A stretch of DNA of 64,000 nucleotides from Sphingosinicella sp. (GCF_013911755.1 NZ_JACESP010000014.1:33639-97638), one strand, 5' to 3'. Positions 9,266-19,044 are shown, numbered from the stretch's first letter. Translations and numbers: made by a program. The notes: generated by a model from the sequence alone, not told the origin.

Positions 9266-9741
9266 AGCGCCTCGGCATCATAACGCTGCTCCTGCTCGTC
9301 GCGGCCTGCGCGACACGACAGCCGACCTACAATCGCAGCTGGGCGATCTTCGACGCCGACGCATCCGAAGGCAATGCGGCGAAGCTCGTTTACGGCGTGC
9401 CGAACAGCGACGACATCGACCTGTTCGCGGTTTGCGACCGGGACGCGAAGGTTTTCGAACTCGCGTTTTTTACGGCCGATTCACGCACGTCCGTCGCCGA
9501 AGGGACGCGCACCCAGCTCCTGGTTGGTCCGCCGGACAAGGTCACGCCGCTCATGGCCTCCGTCCAGTATCATCCTTCCGGAGAAATGATGGTCGTCGCC
9601 CGCGCCGGCCTGCCGCCGACGTTCGTGCGCGACTGGGCGGGGAAGCGCGTGACGCTGGCGGGGCAGGGGACGGCGATGACGCTGCTCGCCCGCCCCGACA
9701 TGGCGTTGATCGAGGATTTCCTGAAGCGGTGCGGCGGGTAG
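9262..9741 (+). CDS. hypothetical lipoprotein
   Basis: An internal ATG at 9262 overlaps the upstream stop (ATGA). Signal peptide with lipobox LLLLVAAC. The upstream part of the 214-aa track ORF overlaps the nitroreductase gene. Confidence 0.6.
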   Translation: MKRLGIITLLLLVAACATRQPTYNRSWAIFDADASEGNAAKLVYGVPNSDDIDLFAVCDRDAKVFELAFFTADSRTSVAEGTRTQLLVGPPDKVTPLMASVQYHPSGEMMVVARAGLPPTFVRDWAGKRVTLAGQGTAMTLLARPDMALIEDFLKRCGG

Positions 9742-9824
9742 CACGGCCGGCAGACGATCGTTCGATGCGCCCGGTTCGGCGGAAGTCGCTGGCGGTGCAT
9801 CCGCGGACCGGTTCTACTGAAACG

Positions 9825-10661
9825 ATGAAACGACTGGCTCTGGCGCTGTTGCCGCTGCTTTTCCCCCTGACCGCCGCCGCGCGCGAAGACACGTTCGATG
9901 TCCACGTCCATGTCGAGGATGGCGAAGCCTCTATCCGCGCCTATCTCGCGCAGGCGCAAGCTTCGAAACGAGATCTGGCGCGCCTCGGAGGCATGCTGAT
10001 GGCGAAGGCCGGGGAGCCTGCCCGCACCCGGCAGCGCAACGACGATCTCATCCGCCTGGTGTCGAAATATCCCCGGATGCTGCCTATCGCGTCAGTGCAT
10101 CCACATGACGGCGACGCCGCGCTTGCCGAGATCGACAGGCTCGCCGCGCTCGGCATTCGCGCCATCAAGATTCACCCGCTGACGCAGGGGTTCGACGTGA
10201 CCGATCCACGCGTTTCGGCACTCTGCGAACGCGCGGGAGAAGCCGGGATTGTCGTCATGATCGACAACGCCGGCATTATCCCCGGCGACAACGAGAAGCT
10301 GCTGAACCTCGCGGTGCGAAATTCCAAGACGCGCTTCCTGTTCACGCACATCGGGGGGATGAACTTTCGGTACTGGAACCTGATCGCGCTGTTGCGGACG
10401 GCGAAAGGCTACTTCTACGACAACATCTACTTCGATGTTTCCGCAACGGTCACGCTGGTCGCCGATTCCCCGCTTGAAGGCGAGTTTATCTGGACATTAC
10501 GCAACATCGGAATCGATCGGATCACGCTCGGTTCGGACTATCCCCAGATTTCGCTCGATCAGTCACTGGATGCGCTGGCGAAGCTCGATATAGGCGAAGA
10601 GGAGCGGACGAAGATCCGCTCGGTGAACGCCAGCATTCTGTTCGGCGCAGAGCAGGATTAG
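9825..10661 (+). CDS. amidohydrolase-family (TIM-barrel metal hydrolase) protein, secreted
   Basis: ATG 9825 gives signal peptide MKRLALALLPLLFPLTAAA followed by DVHVHV (HxH metal site). The 203 upstream codons of the 481-aa track ORF are Arg/Pro-rich shadow sequence. Confidence 0.75.
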   Translation: MKRLALALLPLLFPLTAAAREDTFDVHVHVEDGEASIRAYLAQAQASKRDLARLGGMLMAKAGEPARTRQRNDDLIRLVSKYPRMLPIASVHPHDGDAALAEIDRLAALGIRAIKIHPLTQGFDVTDPRVSALCERAGEAGIVVMIDNAGIIPGDNEKLLNLAVRNSKTRFLFTHIGGMNFRYWNLIALLRTAKGYFYDNIYFDVSATVTLVADSPLEGEFIWTLRNIGIDRITLGSDYPQISLDQSLDALAKLDIGEEERTKIRSVNASILFGAEQD

Positions 10662-10679
10662 CATCCGCGCCGCCGCTGT

Positions 10680-11396
10680 TCAGGCATCGACGATCGGTTC
10701 GAAGCCGCCGAAGATCATGCGGGCGCCGTCGAACGGCATGGTTTCGGGCGCCACCTTCATGCGCGGGTCTTCCATCGTCGCCTTCACGCCTGTGTCGCGC
10801 GCAGCCTTGGATGGCCATTCGATCCACGAAAAGACGACGGTTTCGCCGTCCTTCGCGTGCGCGGCACGGCGATAATCGGTGACCTTGCCGTCGGGCACGT
10901 CGTCGCCCCAGCATTCGACGAAACGCGTCGCGCCGTGGTCCAGGAACACCGCCGAGGCGTCGCGCGCCATGACGAAATAGGCTTCCTTGTTGCCGTCGGG
11001 TACGGAGAGAATGAACCCGTCAACATAGCCGCAGTCGCCGCCTGCCCCGACTTCTACCTGCGGGAGGAAGCCGGCGAAGATCATGCGCATACCGTCGAAC
11101 GGCATCTCGCCCATCGCCTCCATGCGCTCGTCCGTCATCATGCGTTTTTTTGCAGCATCGCGGGCGGCCTTGTCGGGATATTCCAACCACGAGAATACGA
11201 CGGTTTCATCGGCCTTTGCCTGCACGGCACCCGCAAAATCGTTGACCTTTCCCGGAGGCACGTCGTTGCCCCAGCATTCCACGACGCGCGAGGCGCCAAA
11301 TTCCTTGAACAGCGGCGCGGCGGCCGCGGCATGGGCGCGGAAAACCTCCTTGTTCGCAGTGGGAACGGCGATGACGAATCCTTCGACGTAACGCAT
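10680..11396 (-). CDS. tandem-duplicated DUF1428-like protein
   Basis: Two homologous halves of about 118 aa (MRYVEGFVIAVPTANKE...MPFDGMRMIFAGF and GYVDGFILSVPDGNKE...MPFDGARMIFGGF). ATG 11396 is preceded by AGGAGA. Confidence 0.75.
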   Translation of the reverse strand: MRYVEGFVIAVPTANKEVFRAHAAAAAPLFKEFGASRVVECWGNDVPPGKVNDFAGAVQAKADETVVFSWLEYPDKAARDAAKKRMMTDERMEAMGEMPFDGMRMIFAGFLPQVEVGAGGDCGYVDGFILSVPDGNKEAYFVMARDASAVFLDHGATRFVECWGDDVPDGKVTDYRRAAHAKDGETVVFSWIEWPSKAARDTGVKATMEDPRMKVAPETMPFDGARMIFGGFEPIVDA

Positions 11397-11413
11397 GTTT
11401 TTTCTCCTGGTCC

Positions 11414-12070
11414 TCAAGCGGCAGCGGCGTCGGCGAACGCGGCGAGATGATCGGCCATCGCCTTCCTGTGCGCGGGGCGTGCTTCGCCGCGTTCGACATA
11501 GGCGGCAATGCGGGGATGGCGATCGAGGACGCCAGTGCCACGAAGGCCACCAAGCACGGACACCATCATCAGATCGCCCACGGTGAACATGTCTCCGTCA
11601 AGCCAGATTTTGTCCCCCAGCGCTTCGGCGAGATCGGCAAGGCCGCTATCGAGCGTCGCGACAACGACAGGGCGGCGATCCTTCGACCACGACTGATCGG
11701 CTTCGAACAGGTCGTTGATCGCGAGCGCCATGACGCGCGGTTCGACCGTGTTGAGCGCCGCGATCAACCACTGCGTCGCTTTCATACGGCCCGGCGTTTC
11801 CGCGGGGATGAGTTTGCCAGCGCGCTCGGCGATACGCAGCACCATTGCGCCCGATTCGAATATCTCGACCTCGTCGTCCCGGTACGTCGGCACCTGGCCG
11901 AACGGTTGAAAGGCGCGGTGGGCCTGGGTCTTCGAGAATTCGATGTCGATGTAATCGACTGTGTAGGGCTGGCCGACCTCTTCGAAGGCCCATCGCGGAC
12001 GCAAATCGCGGACGAACCCACGTGCAAATTCCGGAACCCACCCGAATGTGGTGATGACAGGCTGCTGCAT
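11414..12070 (-). CDS. glutathione S-transferase family protein
   Basis: GST N-terminal fold (FQPFGQVPTYRDDEVEIFESGAMVLRIAE). Start chosen at MQQPVITTF with an upstream GGGAGAGG. Confidence 0.85.
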   Translation of the reverse strand: MQQPVITTFGWVPEFARGFVRDLRPRWAFEEVGQPYTVDYIDIEFSKTQAHRAFQPFGQVPTYRDDEVEIFESGAMVLRIAERAGKLIPAETPGRMKATQWLIAALNTVEPRVMALAINDLFEADQSWSKDRRPVVVATLDSGLADLAEALGDKIWLDGDMFTVGDLMMVSVLGGLRGTGVLDRHPRIAAYVERGEARPAHRKAMADHLAAFADAAAA

Positions 12071-12132
12071 CACATGACCTCTCCCTTTATGCGTGTATGC
12101 AGAGGCTGACATATCGGTTATAAAAAGCAACT

Positions 12133-12822
12133 ATGAAATTACAAAAAGTAACTAAAAATGCGACGGCCGGTTTACGTTGGTACGACGATGCGTGCGGCGC
12201 TGCACTGGCACTGGAACTGGTGGGAGAGCGCTGGGCGCTGCTCGTGATGCGTGAACTGATGTTCGGTCCACGCCGCTTCGGGCAGATTCGGGCGCATCTG
12301 CCGGGAGTGAGCGCAAATGTTCTGACGCAGCGGCTGGAAGGACTGGAAGCGCACGGCGTGTTGCGGCGAACAACGCTCGCACCACCAGCGTCGGTGCCAG
12401 TCTATGAACTGACGCCGTGGGGTTATGAGGCTGAGCCGATTCTGCAGACGATGGGCCGCTGGGCGGCACGCTCGCCCGCGCACGACCCATCGCTGCCGCT
12501 CTCGCCGGCCTCGACGATGCTTTCACTGCGCACGATGCTCGACATGAAGCGTGCAGCCACGCTCTGCGCGCGAATCGCGTTCCGGTTTCCGGACGATGCG
12601 TTCGTTGCCGACCTGTCGGACGGTGAACTCTCCATCCGACGCGGCGAGACCGCGGACGCCGACGTCACCTTTTCAGGGGGAACGACGGCGCTTGTCCGCG
12701 TCTTCTATGGCAAGCGGCCCATTGCGGAAGAGGAGCTGACGGTTGCGGGCGATCCGGAAATCGCGGGCCGGTTCATCGGTCTCTTCGCGCTGCCGCCCAA
12801 GGTGGAGGGCGATACCCGTTAG
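12133..12822 (+). CDS. HxlR-type winged-helix transcriptional regulator with C-terminal extension
   Basis: HxlR signature CGAALALELVGERWALLVMRELMFGPRRFGQIRAHLPGVSANVLTQRLEGLEAHGVL. Divergent from the GST gene. Confidence 0.85.
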   Translation: MKLQKVTKNATAGLRWYDDACGAALALELVGERWALLVMRELMFGPRRFGQIRAHLPGVSANVLTQRLEGLEAHGVLRRTTLAPPASVPVYELTPWGYEAEPILQTMGRWAARSPAHDPSLPLSPASTMLSLRTMLDMKRAATLCARIAFRFPDDAFVADLSDGELSIRRGETADADVTFSGGTTALVRVFYGKRPIAEEELTVAGDPEIAGRFIGLFALPPKVEGDTR

Positions 12823-13214
12823 CGCACGAGGTCGATCACCACCGCCACGATCGCGCCGACCAGCGCGGCGAGGCTGGCGAGGCTGGAGATGAGGAAACCC
12901 GCGCCGCGCTTTTCCGCATCCTTGATGTAGCCGATCACGTAAGCGATTCGGCCGACCACCCAGGCCGCCGAATAGATGCCGCCCCAGAGGTCACCGAACA
13001 GCGTCGCCACGATCCAGACGAGCGGCAGGAACAGGACGATCTGCTCCATCGTATTCTGGTGCGCGCGGAAGGCGCGCTCGAACTCGGGATGGCCGGTCAC
13101 GGCGGGTGCCTTGATGCCGTGCTTGCCGCGTGCCTGCCCGACCGGGATCGACGCCCATACGTAAACGGCCAGCGCGGCGAGCGTGCCGAGCAGCGTCAGC
13201 GGATACATCTGCAT
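12819..13214 (-). CDS. MAPEG-family membrane glutathione transferase-like protein
   Basis: 131 aa with about 4 TM segments and a MAPEG-like RAHQNTMEQ motif. Its end overlaps the hxlR-like gene end by 4 nt (convergent). Confidence 0.8.
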   Translation of the reverse strand: MQMYPLTLLGTLAALAVYVWASIPVGQARGKHGIKAPAVTGHPEFERAFRAHQNTMEQIVLFLPLVWIVATLFGDLWGGIYSAAWVVGRIAYVIGYIKDAEKRGAGFLISSLASLAALVGAIVAVVIDLVR

Positions 13215-13241
13215 ACCTGATTCTCCCCCCTTGTGCAGCGA

Positions 13242-13934
13242 TCAGGCGGGCTTGCCCGTCACCACGATCTTGCGTGCCTGCTCGGCGAATTTCTTAGCCG
13301 AATCCTCGTCGTCGTCGCGAATCCGCGCGCGCATGTCCTCAGGCACGGTGATGCCTTTCTGTACGGCGGGGCGTGCCATGATCGCTTCGAGCCAGCGCTG
13401 CAGGTTGGGCAAGCCGTCGATCGAGATGCCCGACCATTTGTGCGTGCGCACCCAGCACCAGTTTGCCATGTCGGCGATCGAATAGTCCCCAGCGAGATAT
13501 TCGGTGCGCGAAAGCTGGCGCTCCAGCACTTCGAACAGGCGGCGGCCTTCATTCTGGTAGCGGTCGATCGCGGGCTGAATCTTTTCCGGGAAATAGCGGT
13601 AGAAGACGTTCGCCTGACCCATCATCGGGCCGATGCCGCCCATCTGGAACATCAGCCACTGCTCGACGCGGCTCTGCGACTTCGGGTCCGCGCCGTAAAA
13701 TTTGCCGGAAAGCCGGGCGAGATAGAGCATGATCGCACCCGATTCGAAGATCGGAAAATCGTCGTGGACGAGCGCGGGGATGCGGCCGTTGGGGTTGATC
13801 TCGAGGAACCACTCCTGCTTCTGCGCCCCGCCGGTAAGGTCGATCTTCTCGACGTCGTAGTCGAAGCCCATTTCCTCGAGCGCGACCGAGGCCTTGTAGC
13901 CGTTGGGCGTCGCGGCGGTGTAGAGCTTCATCAT
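13242..13934 (-). CDS. glutathione S-transferase (Nu-class, YfcG/YghU-like)
   Basis: [22 protein letters not shown]...[11 protein letters not shown]...[10 protein letters not shown] is a typical GST thioredoxin-like domain. Confidence 0.88.
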   Translation of the reverse strand: MMKLYTAATPNGYKASVALEEMGFDYDVEKIDLTGGAQKQEWFLEINPNGRIPALVHDDFPIFESGAIMLYLARLSGKFYGADPKSQSRVEQWLMFQMGGIGPMMGQANVFYRYFPEKIQPAIDRYQNEGRRLFEVLERQLSRTEYLAGDYSIADMANWCWVRTHKWSGISIDGLPNLQRWLEAIMARPAVQKGITVPEDMRARIRDDDEDSAKKFAEQARKIVVTGKPA

Positions 13935-13983
13935 GCAGAGCGCCCCCCAAAGGCCCGATTCGAGTCGCGCTCGACGTTAGCCT

Positions 13984-15903
13984 TTATCCGCGCGGATGGA
14001 AGTGGTCGTAGATCACCTCGGCCATCGCCTTCGAGATGCCGGGCGCCGCCATCAGCGATTCGAGCGCGGCCGACCGAACGGCCTTCGCGGTGCCGAAGTG
14101 CATCAGAAGCGCGCGCTTACGGGTCGGGCCGATACCGGGCACGTCGTCGAGCGGATTGGCGGAGATCGCCTTGCTGCGCTTGGCGCGATGCGCGCCGATG
14201 GCGAAACGGTGAGCTTCGTCGCGCAGGCGCTGGAGGTAGAAGAGCACGGGCGAATTGAGGGGCAGGGTGAGTTCGCGGCCGTCCATCAGGTGAAAGACCT
14301 CTCGCCCGGCGTTCCTGTCCGGCCCCTTGGCGACGCCGACGAGCGTCACGTCGTCGATGCCTTGTTCGGCGAGAATGTCCATGGCGGCAGACAGTTGCCC
14401 CTTGCCGCCGTCGATGAGTACGAGGTCGGGCCAGTCGCTGCCCTTGCGATCGGGGCCTTCCTTGCCCAGCCGCGCGAAACGGCGGCCGAGCACGTGGCGC
14501 ATCATGCCGAAATCGTCGCCCGGCGTGATCGACGCGTCCTTGATGTTGAACTTGCGGTAGCTGTTCTTGAGGAAGCCTTCCGGCCCCGCGACGATCATCG
14601 CGCCCCCCGCATCGCTGCCCTGAATATGGCTGTTGTCGTAGACCTCGATACGACGCGGCGGTTCCGGCAGCTCGAAGATGTCTGCAAGCTCGGCGAGCAG
14701 CCTGGTTTGTGTCGCGCCCTCGGCGAGGTTGCGGTCGAGGGCTTCGACGGCGTTGCGTGCCGCCTGATCGACGAGGCGTTTGAGCGCGCCGCGTTGCGGC
14801 TGGCGGATCACGACCTTGCGCGTCGAGCGGCTGGAGAGCGCCTCGGCGATCAGGTCGCATTCGGTGGGCAGGCGGTCGACGAGGATCTCCGGCGGCAGCG
14901 GCATGTCCTCGTAGAACTGCACGATGAAGCTCCCCATCACGTCCTTCGGGGTGCTTCCCGCGGTGTTCTTCGGGAAGAACGCGCAGTGGCCCCAGTTCTG
15001 GCCGCCGCGAATGAAGAAGGCCTGGATCGAGAACTGCCCGGCCTTTTCGGCGAGGGCGATGACGTCGACGTCCTTCACGCCCTCGGCCGTGCCGGTCTGG
15101 CCCTGGATGTAGGTGAGCGCGCGCAGACGGTCTCGGTACACGGCTGCGAGTTCGTAGTCCTGCTTTTCGGCCGCGGCCTGCATCGATTCGCCGAGCTTGC
15201 GCTGCACCGACTGACTCTTGCCGGCGAGGAAGTCTTTCGCGTCGGCGACAAGCTCCGCGTAGCCTGCCGCGTCGATGCGGTCGACGCACGGCGCCGAGCA
15301 GCGGCGAATTTGATGAAGCAGGCAGGGACGCGTGCGATTCGCCATGAAGCTGTCCGAGCAGCTTCGCAGCAGGAACACCTTCTGGAGCGCGTTCAGCGTG
15401 CGGTTCACCGCGCCCGCGCTCGCGAACGGGCCGAAGTAGATGCCTTTGCCCTTGCGCGCGCCGCGGTGCTTGGAAATGCGCGGGTAGGCGTGGTCTTCGT
15501 TCAGGAAGATGAATGGGAAGCTCTTGTCGTCGCGGAGCAGCACGTTGAACGCGGGACGGAAGCGCTTGATGAGCTGCGCTTCGAGCAGCAGCGCCTCGGC
15601 CTCGCTCGCGGTGGTGACGATCGTCATCGCGCGCGTCAGCGACACCATGCGCTGCAACCGCTTCGGCAGCCGCGCGACCTGCGTGTAGTTTGTGACGCGG
15701 TTCTTCAGGCTGCGCGCCTTGCCGACATAAAGCACGTCGCCGCCCGCATCGAGCATCCGATAGACGCCCGGCCGCACCGGAAGCGTCTTCAGCACGTTGC
15801 GGATCGCCGCCACGCCCGCGTCGAGATCGGGCGTGTCGCGTCCGCGCACTGCGAAGGTCGCCTGCTCTTCGGAAAAGCGATCAATCTGCGGGGGTTCAGC
15901 CAT
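13984..15903 (-). CDS. uvrC: excinuclease ABC subunit C
   Basis: 639 aa. GIY-YIG N-terminus (PGVYRMLDAGGDVLYVGKARSLKNRV), UVR domain, and C-terminal (HhH)2 (VPGIGPTRKRALLMHFG). Confidence 0.97.
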   Translation of the reverse strand: MAEPPQIDRFSEEQATFAVRGRDTPDLDAGVAAIRNVLKTLPVRPGVYRMLDAGGDVLYVGKARSLKNRVTNYTQVARLPKRLQRMVSLTRAMTIVTTASEAEALLLEAQLIKRFRPAFNVLLRDDKSFPFIFLNEDHAYPRISKHRGARKGKGIYFGPFASAGAVNRTLNALQKVFLLRSCSDSFMANRTRPCLLHQIRRCSAPCVDRIDAAGYAELVADAKDFLAGKSQSVQRKLGESMQAAAEKQDYELAAVYRDRLRALTYIQGQTGTAEGVKDVDVIALAEKAGQFSIQAFFIRGGQNWGHCAFFPKNTAGSTPKDVMGSFIVQFYEDMPLPPEILVDRLPTECDLIAEALSSRSTRKVVIRQPQRGALKRLVDQAARNAVEALDRNLAEGATQTRLLAELADIFELPEPPRRIEVYDNSHIQGSDAGGAMIVAGPEGFLKNSYRKFNIKDASITPGDDFGMMRHVLGRRFARLGKEGPDRKGSDWPDLVLIDGGKGQLSAAMDILAEQGIDDVTLVGVAKGPDRNAGREVFHLMDGRELTLPLNSPVLFYLQRLRDEAHRFAIGAHRAKRSKAISANPLDDVPGIGPTRKRALLMHFGTAKAVRSAALESLMAAPGISKAMAEVIYDHFHPRG

Positions 15904-15970
15904 CGCCTTCAGATGTAGGCGAGGGAGGCGGCGCTCTCAACTGTCACGGAAATGACTTGTCCCCGGCACC

Positions 15971-15979
15971 TGTGGATAA
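15971..15979. promoter_or_regulatory. perfect consensus DnaA box (TGTGGATAA = TTATCCACA) in the uvrC / SDR divergent spacer
   Basis: Exact 9-mer read in the sequence. It is a single copy, so its function is unproven. Confidence 0.3.
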
Positions 15980-16086
15980 GTCTCTGGAGATGTCCCGCTT
16001 ACCGGCGCTGGCACTGCGCTGCTTGGACTGCCGAAAAAACGGGCAGCGGCTTGCTCGTTGGTACGCCGAGGGGTAAGCGCTCGCCG

Positions 16087-16866
16087 ATGACACCGGAATT
16101 CGGCAATCCCGCAAGCGCACTCGTCACCGGCGGTGCAAAGCGCATCGGCGGCGCGCTGTCGCGTGCACTCGCGGCAGACGGCTGGCATGTCCACATCCAC
16201 TGCAACGAATCGGTCGCCGAGGCGGAGGCGCTTGCAGCCGAGATCGGGTCGGCAGGTGGCAGTGCCTCGCTCGTCCGGGCGGACCTTGCCGACGCGGAGG
16301 CGTGCCGCACGCTGTTCGATCGTCTAGAGCCTGGAAAACCGCCGGTTTCCTTGCTGATCAACAACGCTTCGCTGTTTCGCTACGACACGCAGGCAGACTT
16401 CGGCGCCGCGCAGTGGGACGAGCAGCTCGACGTGAATCTGCGCGCACCGGCACTGCTGACGCAGCAGTTCGCGGCGAGTTGCGCGGGGCGGAACGGACTC
16501 GTCCTCAACCTGCTCGATGCAAAGGTCGCCGCTCCAAATCCGGATTTCTACAGCTACACGGTGAGCAAGCTCGGGCTTGCCGGTCTCACGGAGCTGCAGG
16601 CGAGGGCGCTAGCGCCCAATATCCGCGTGAACGGCATCGCACCCTCGGTGACGCTGGTCAGCGGCCCGCAGACGCGGGAGAACTTCGACCGCGCGCATGT
16701 GTATAACCCGCTGCGGCGCGGTGTGTTGGTGGAGCATGTTGTCATGACGATGCAATATTTGATCGCGCTTCCCACGATCACCGGGCAGGTGATCGTGCTC
16801 GATGCCGGGCAGCGTATGCTCGGTATGCCGCGCGATGTCGCGTTCATGGTGGGAGAGGGCGCATGA
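16087..16866 (+). CDS. short-chain dehydrogenase, pteridine/dihydromonapterin reductase-like
   Basis: ALVTGGAKRIGGALSRALAADGW (TGGxxRIG) at the N-terminus. Overlaps the downstream dihydroneopterin aldolase gene by 4 nt. Internal ATG 16087 was chosen. Confidence 0.8.
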   Translation: MTPEFGNPASALVTGGAKRIGGALSRALAADGWHVHIHCNESVAEAEALAAEIGSAGGSASLVRADLADAEACRTLFDRLEPGKPPVSLLINNASLFRYDTQADFGAAQWDEQLDVNLRAPALLTQQFAASCAGRNGLVLNLLDAKVAAPNPDFYSYTVSKLGLAGLTELQARALAPNIRVNGIAPSVTLVSGPQTRENFDRAHVYNPLRRGVLVEHVVMTMQYLIALPTITGQVIVLDAGQRMLGMPRDVAFMVGEGA

Positions 16867-17276
16867 GCCTCACACCGCGCGGTGTCGTCCCCGAAGCGCT
16901 GGCACCCAAGGCGCGGCGGATTCGGCTGCATGGTTACGAACTGCTCGTCGATATCGGTTTTCACAGCTTCGAGGTCGGCGCGCCGCAGCGGCTCCGCGTC
17001 GATGTCGACCTCTGGGTGGATGAGGCCTCGTTCCCCATCGACGATCAGGTGAAAAGCGCGTGGAATTATGATTTCCTGCGCGAAACCGTGAAGACGCTGG
17101 CGGCGTCGCGACGTTTCAACCTGCAGGAAACCTTCTGCCGCGCGGTCTACGACATCATCGCAGCGCGCAAAGGCGTGCTGGCGCTGCGCGTCGCAACCGC
17201 GAAGCCCGATATCTACCCCGACTGCGAATTCGTGGGCGTCGAGCTTTCGTCGCTGCCGATGGCCTATTCCGAATAG
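16863..17276 (+). CDS. folB: dihydroneopterin aldolase family protein
   Basis: 137 aa with FolB-like fold sequence (IRLHGYELLVDIGFHSFE...RFNLQETFCRAVYDII). Coupled to the pterin reductase-like gene. Confidence 0.75.
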   Translation: MSLTPRGVVPEALAPKARRIRLHGYELLVDIGFHSFEVGAPQRLRVDVDLWVDEASFPIDDQVKSAWNYDFLRETVKTLAASRRFNLQETFCRAVYDIIAARKGVLALRVATAKPDIYPDCEFVGVELSSLPMAYSE

Positions 17277-18082
17277 GCGCGGTCGCAGGGACCGAGCGAA
17301 TCGAGCACGAAACGATAGTCCGCCTTCGCGGCGGCGGCAGTTTGCGAATCGAGCGTAGTGGTGCTCGCATTGGGCAGGCTACGGGGCAGGCCGCAGGCGA
17401 GCTGATACCAGAGCAGGCTGCCGTCCTTCACACCGGCGGCGGCATCGTCGATGATGTCGCCTGTGGCCACGCTGAACATTTTCGGCTGGCCGGGGCGTGA
17501 TAGTACCACGAGCGACATCGGCTCGCCCGCCTTCGTCTGGATGAAAATCTGGCTTTCGGATTCGCCCGGAAGGCTGCCGGGCACGTGAAAGGCCTGCCCG
17601 AGCCCGGAAATCTCCATGTCGCGAATATCAGGTGACGTCACGGCCTCGGCCGCGATGGCGCGCACATAGGCGTCGCGCTCGGCGTTCCAGTCGACTTGGG
17701 CCCACGGGCGGACGAGCTGGAACTGCCCTTCGCGGCCCCCCGGCGCCAAGAACAGCAGAACGGGAAGCCCTTTGAGTTTCGGGGACTTTCCGCGCGGATC
17801 GGCACCGATATCGACGAGATACTCGATATTTTTCGGAATGAATCCCGGTGCGATCAGCACATTGCTAATTTCGGCGGTGATCAGGAAACGACGGAAGCCG
17901 GGCGCGAGGCCGGGAGACAGTTTTTCGCTGAGTCTTGAGGCCTTTGTGACCGTCGCGCGGACGATGATCGGCGCTTCGGTGGTCAGTGCTACAAGGTCCG
18001 CCCGTCCCGGGTTCGCTGACACGCCGGTAAGCGGAATCAGTCCCCCGCAGAGTAAAAGCGCAAAAAAAGCCCACAGGCGCAT
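17264..18082 (-). CDS. hypothetical secreted protein
   Basis: ATG 18082 gives signal peptide MRLWAFFALLLCGGLIPLTGVSA. GC3-rich 272-aa ORF with no recognisable domain. Confidence 0.6.
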   Translation of the reverse strand: MRLWAFFALLLCGGLIPLTGVSANPGRADLVALTTEAPIIVRATVTKASRLSEKLSPGLAPGFRRFLITAEISNVLIAPGFIPKNIEYLVDIGADPRGKSPKLKGLPVLLFLAPGGREGQFQLVRPWAQVDWNAERDAYVRAIAAEAVTSPDIRDMEISGLGQAFHVPGSLPGESESQIFIQTKAGEPMSLVVLSRPGQPKMFSVATGDIIDDAAAGVKDGSLLWYQLACGLPRSLPNASTTTLDSQTAAAAKADYRFVLDSLGPCDRAYSE

Positions 18083-18396
18083 CAGGCCGTCCCTTTTGTT
18101 ATGAAATCGAACAAAATCCATATTTGCTGGCAGCTTAACGCATTTGAGCCATGTTTGACATGACCGTGGCATGAATTGGGCGAGCGACCAATCCCGCCAC
18201 AACCCTGCCACAAAGCAGTTGCGGGTGCAGGGCGCCCAAGCTAGTAGGTCGCTCAGGGACGGTTTGAGCCGGTTTTCAACCGCTTCATGAGCGTTGCAAA
18301 AAGGGATAAGATTGCGGTCTAAGCCGCAACTGGTTTCTGATCGATTCCTATGGGATCGATGGTTAAGGGTCAGCTAAGAGGGAGTAACCCGCGTCC

Positions 18397-19044
18397 ATGG
18401 CATATGCAGATCAAGGCGTAAGCTCGAAGCGCATGGTCTCCTTGGCGCTCGTTGCGCTACTCCATGCCTTTCTCGGCTACGCATTCATAAGCGGCCTTGC
18501 GCTGCGTGTGGTTAAGGTCGTGACGGGTCCGATGGAGACGTTCGAGGTCGAGGAGCCTACGGTCGATGAAGAGCCGCCGCCTCCGCCGCCGGAACTCGAA
18601 GAGATTCCGCCGTATGTTCCACCACCGGAAGTGATCGTTGAGACGGCTGCACCGCCGCCTCCCGCGATCACCATCCAGACGGAGGCTCCGCGACCTGAAC
18701 CGGTTCGCGTTGCACCGCCGGCGCCGCCCGCGCCGCCTGCCGGTCCGACCACGCGTGCGCAGCCGAGGGGGCGTCTCGGCGCCACCATCACGGCTGACGA
18801 CTATCCGCAAGCCTCGATCCGTGCAGAGGAAGAGGGTTCGGTGGTCGCGCGCTACACCATCGATACGGATGGAAAGGTCGTGAAGGGCAGCTGCTCGATT
18901 CAGACGTCGAGCGGTTTCAGTCGTCTCGATACCCAGACCTGCAGCCTGATCGAGCGGCGCTTCCGGTTCAATCCGGCGCAGCAGAACGGCCAGCCGGTTC
19001 AGGAGACGCGCAGCCAGGCGTTCCGTTGGCAGATTCCGAAATAA
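18397..19044 (+). CDS. tonB: energy transducer TonB
   Basis: N-terminal TM anchor, Pro-rich spacer (EEPPPPPPELEEIPPYVPPPE) and C-terminal TonB domain. Followed by exbB-exbD-exbD. Confidence 0.85.
   Translation: MAYADQGVSSKRMVSLALVALLHAFLGYAFISGLALRVVKVVTGPMETFEVEEPTVDEEPPPPPPELEEIPPYVPPPEVIVETAAPPPPAITIQTEAPRPEPVRVAPPAPPAPPAGPTTRAQPRGRLGATITADDYPQASIRAEEEGSVVARYTIDTDGKVVKGSCSIQTSSGFSRLDTQTCSLIERRFRFNPAQQNGQPVQETRSQAFRWQIPK

Noticed and set aside
9216-9824. N-terminal 203 codons of the 481-aa ORF
   Set aside because: This part is Arg/Pro/Gly-rich and overlaps the lipoprotein gene in another frame. A proper signal peptide and the HxH motif start at ATG 9825.
13996-15918. 640-aa ORF on the plus strand
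   Set aside because: It is exactly antisense to uvrC, whose motifs are unambiguous, so this is a GC-driven open frame.
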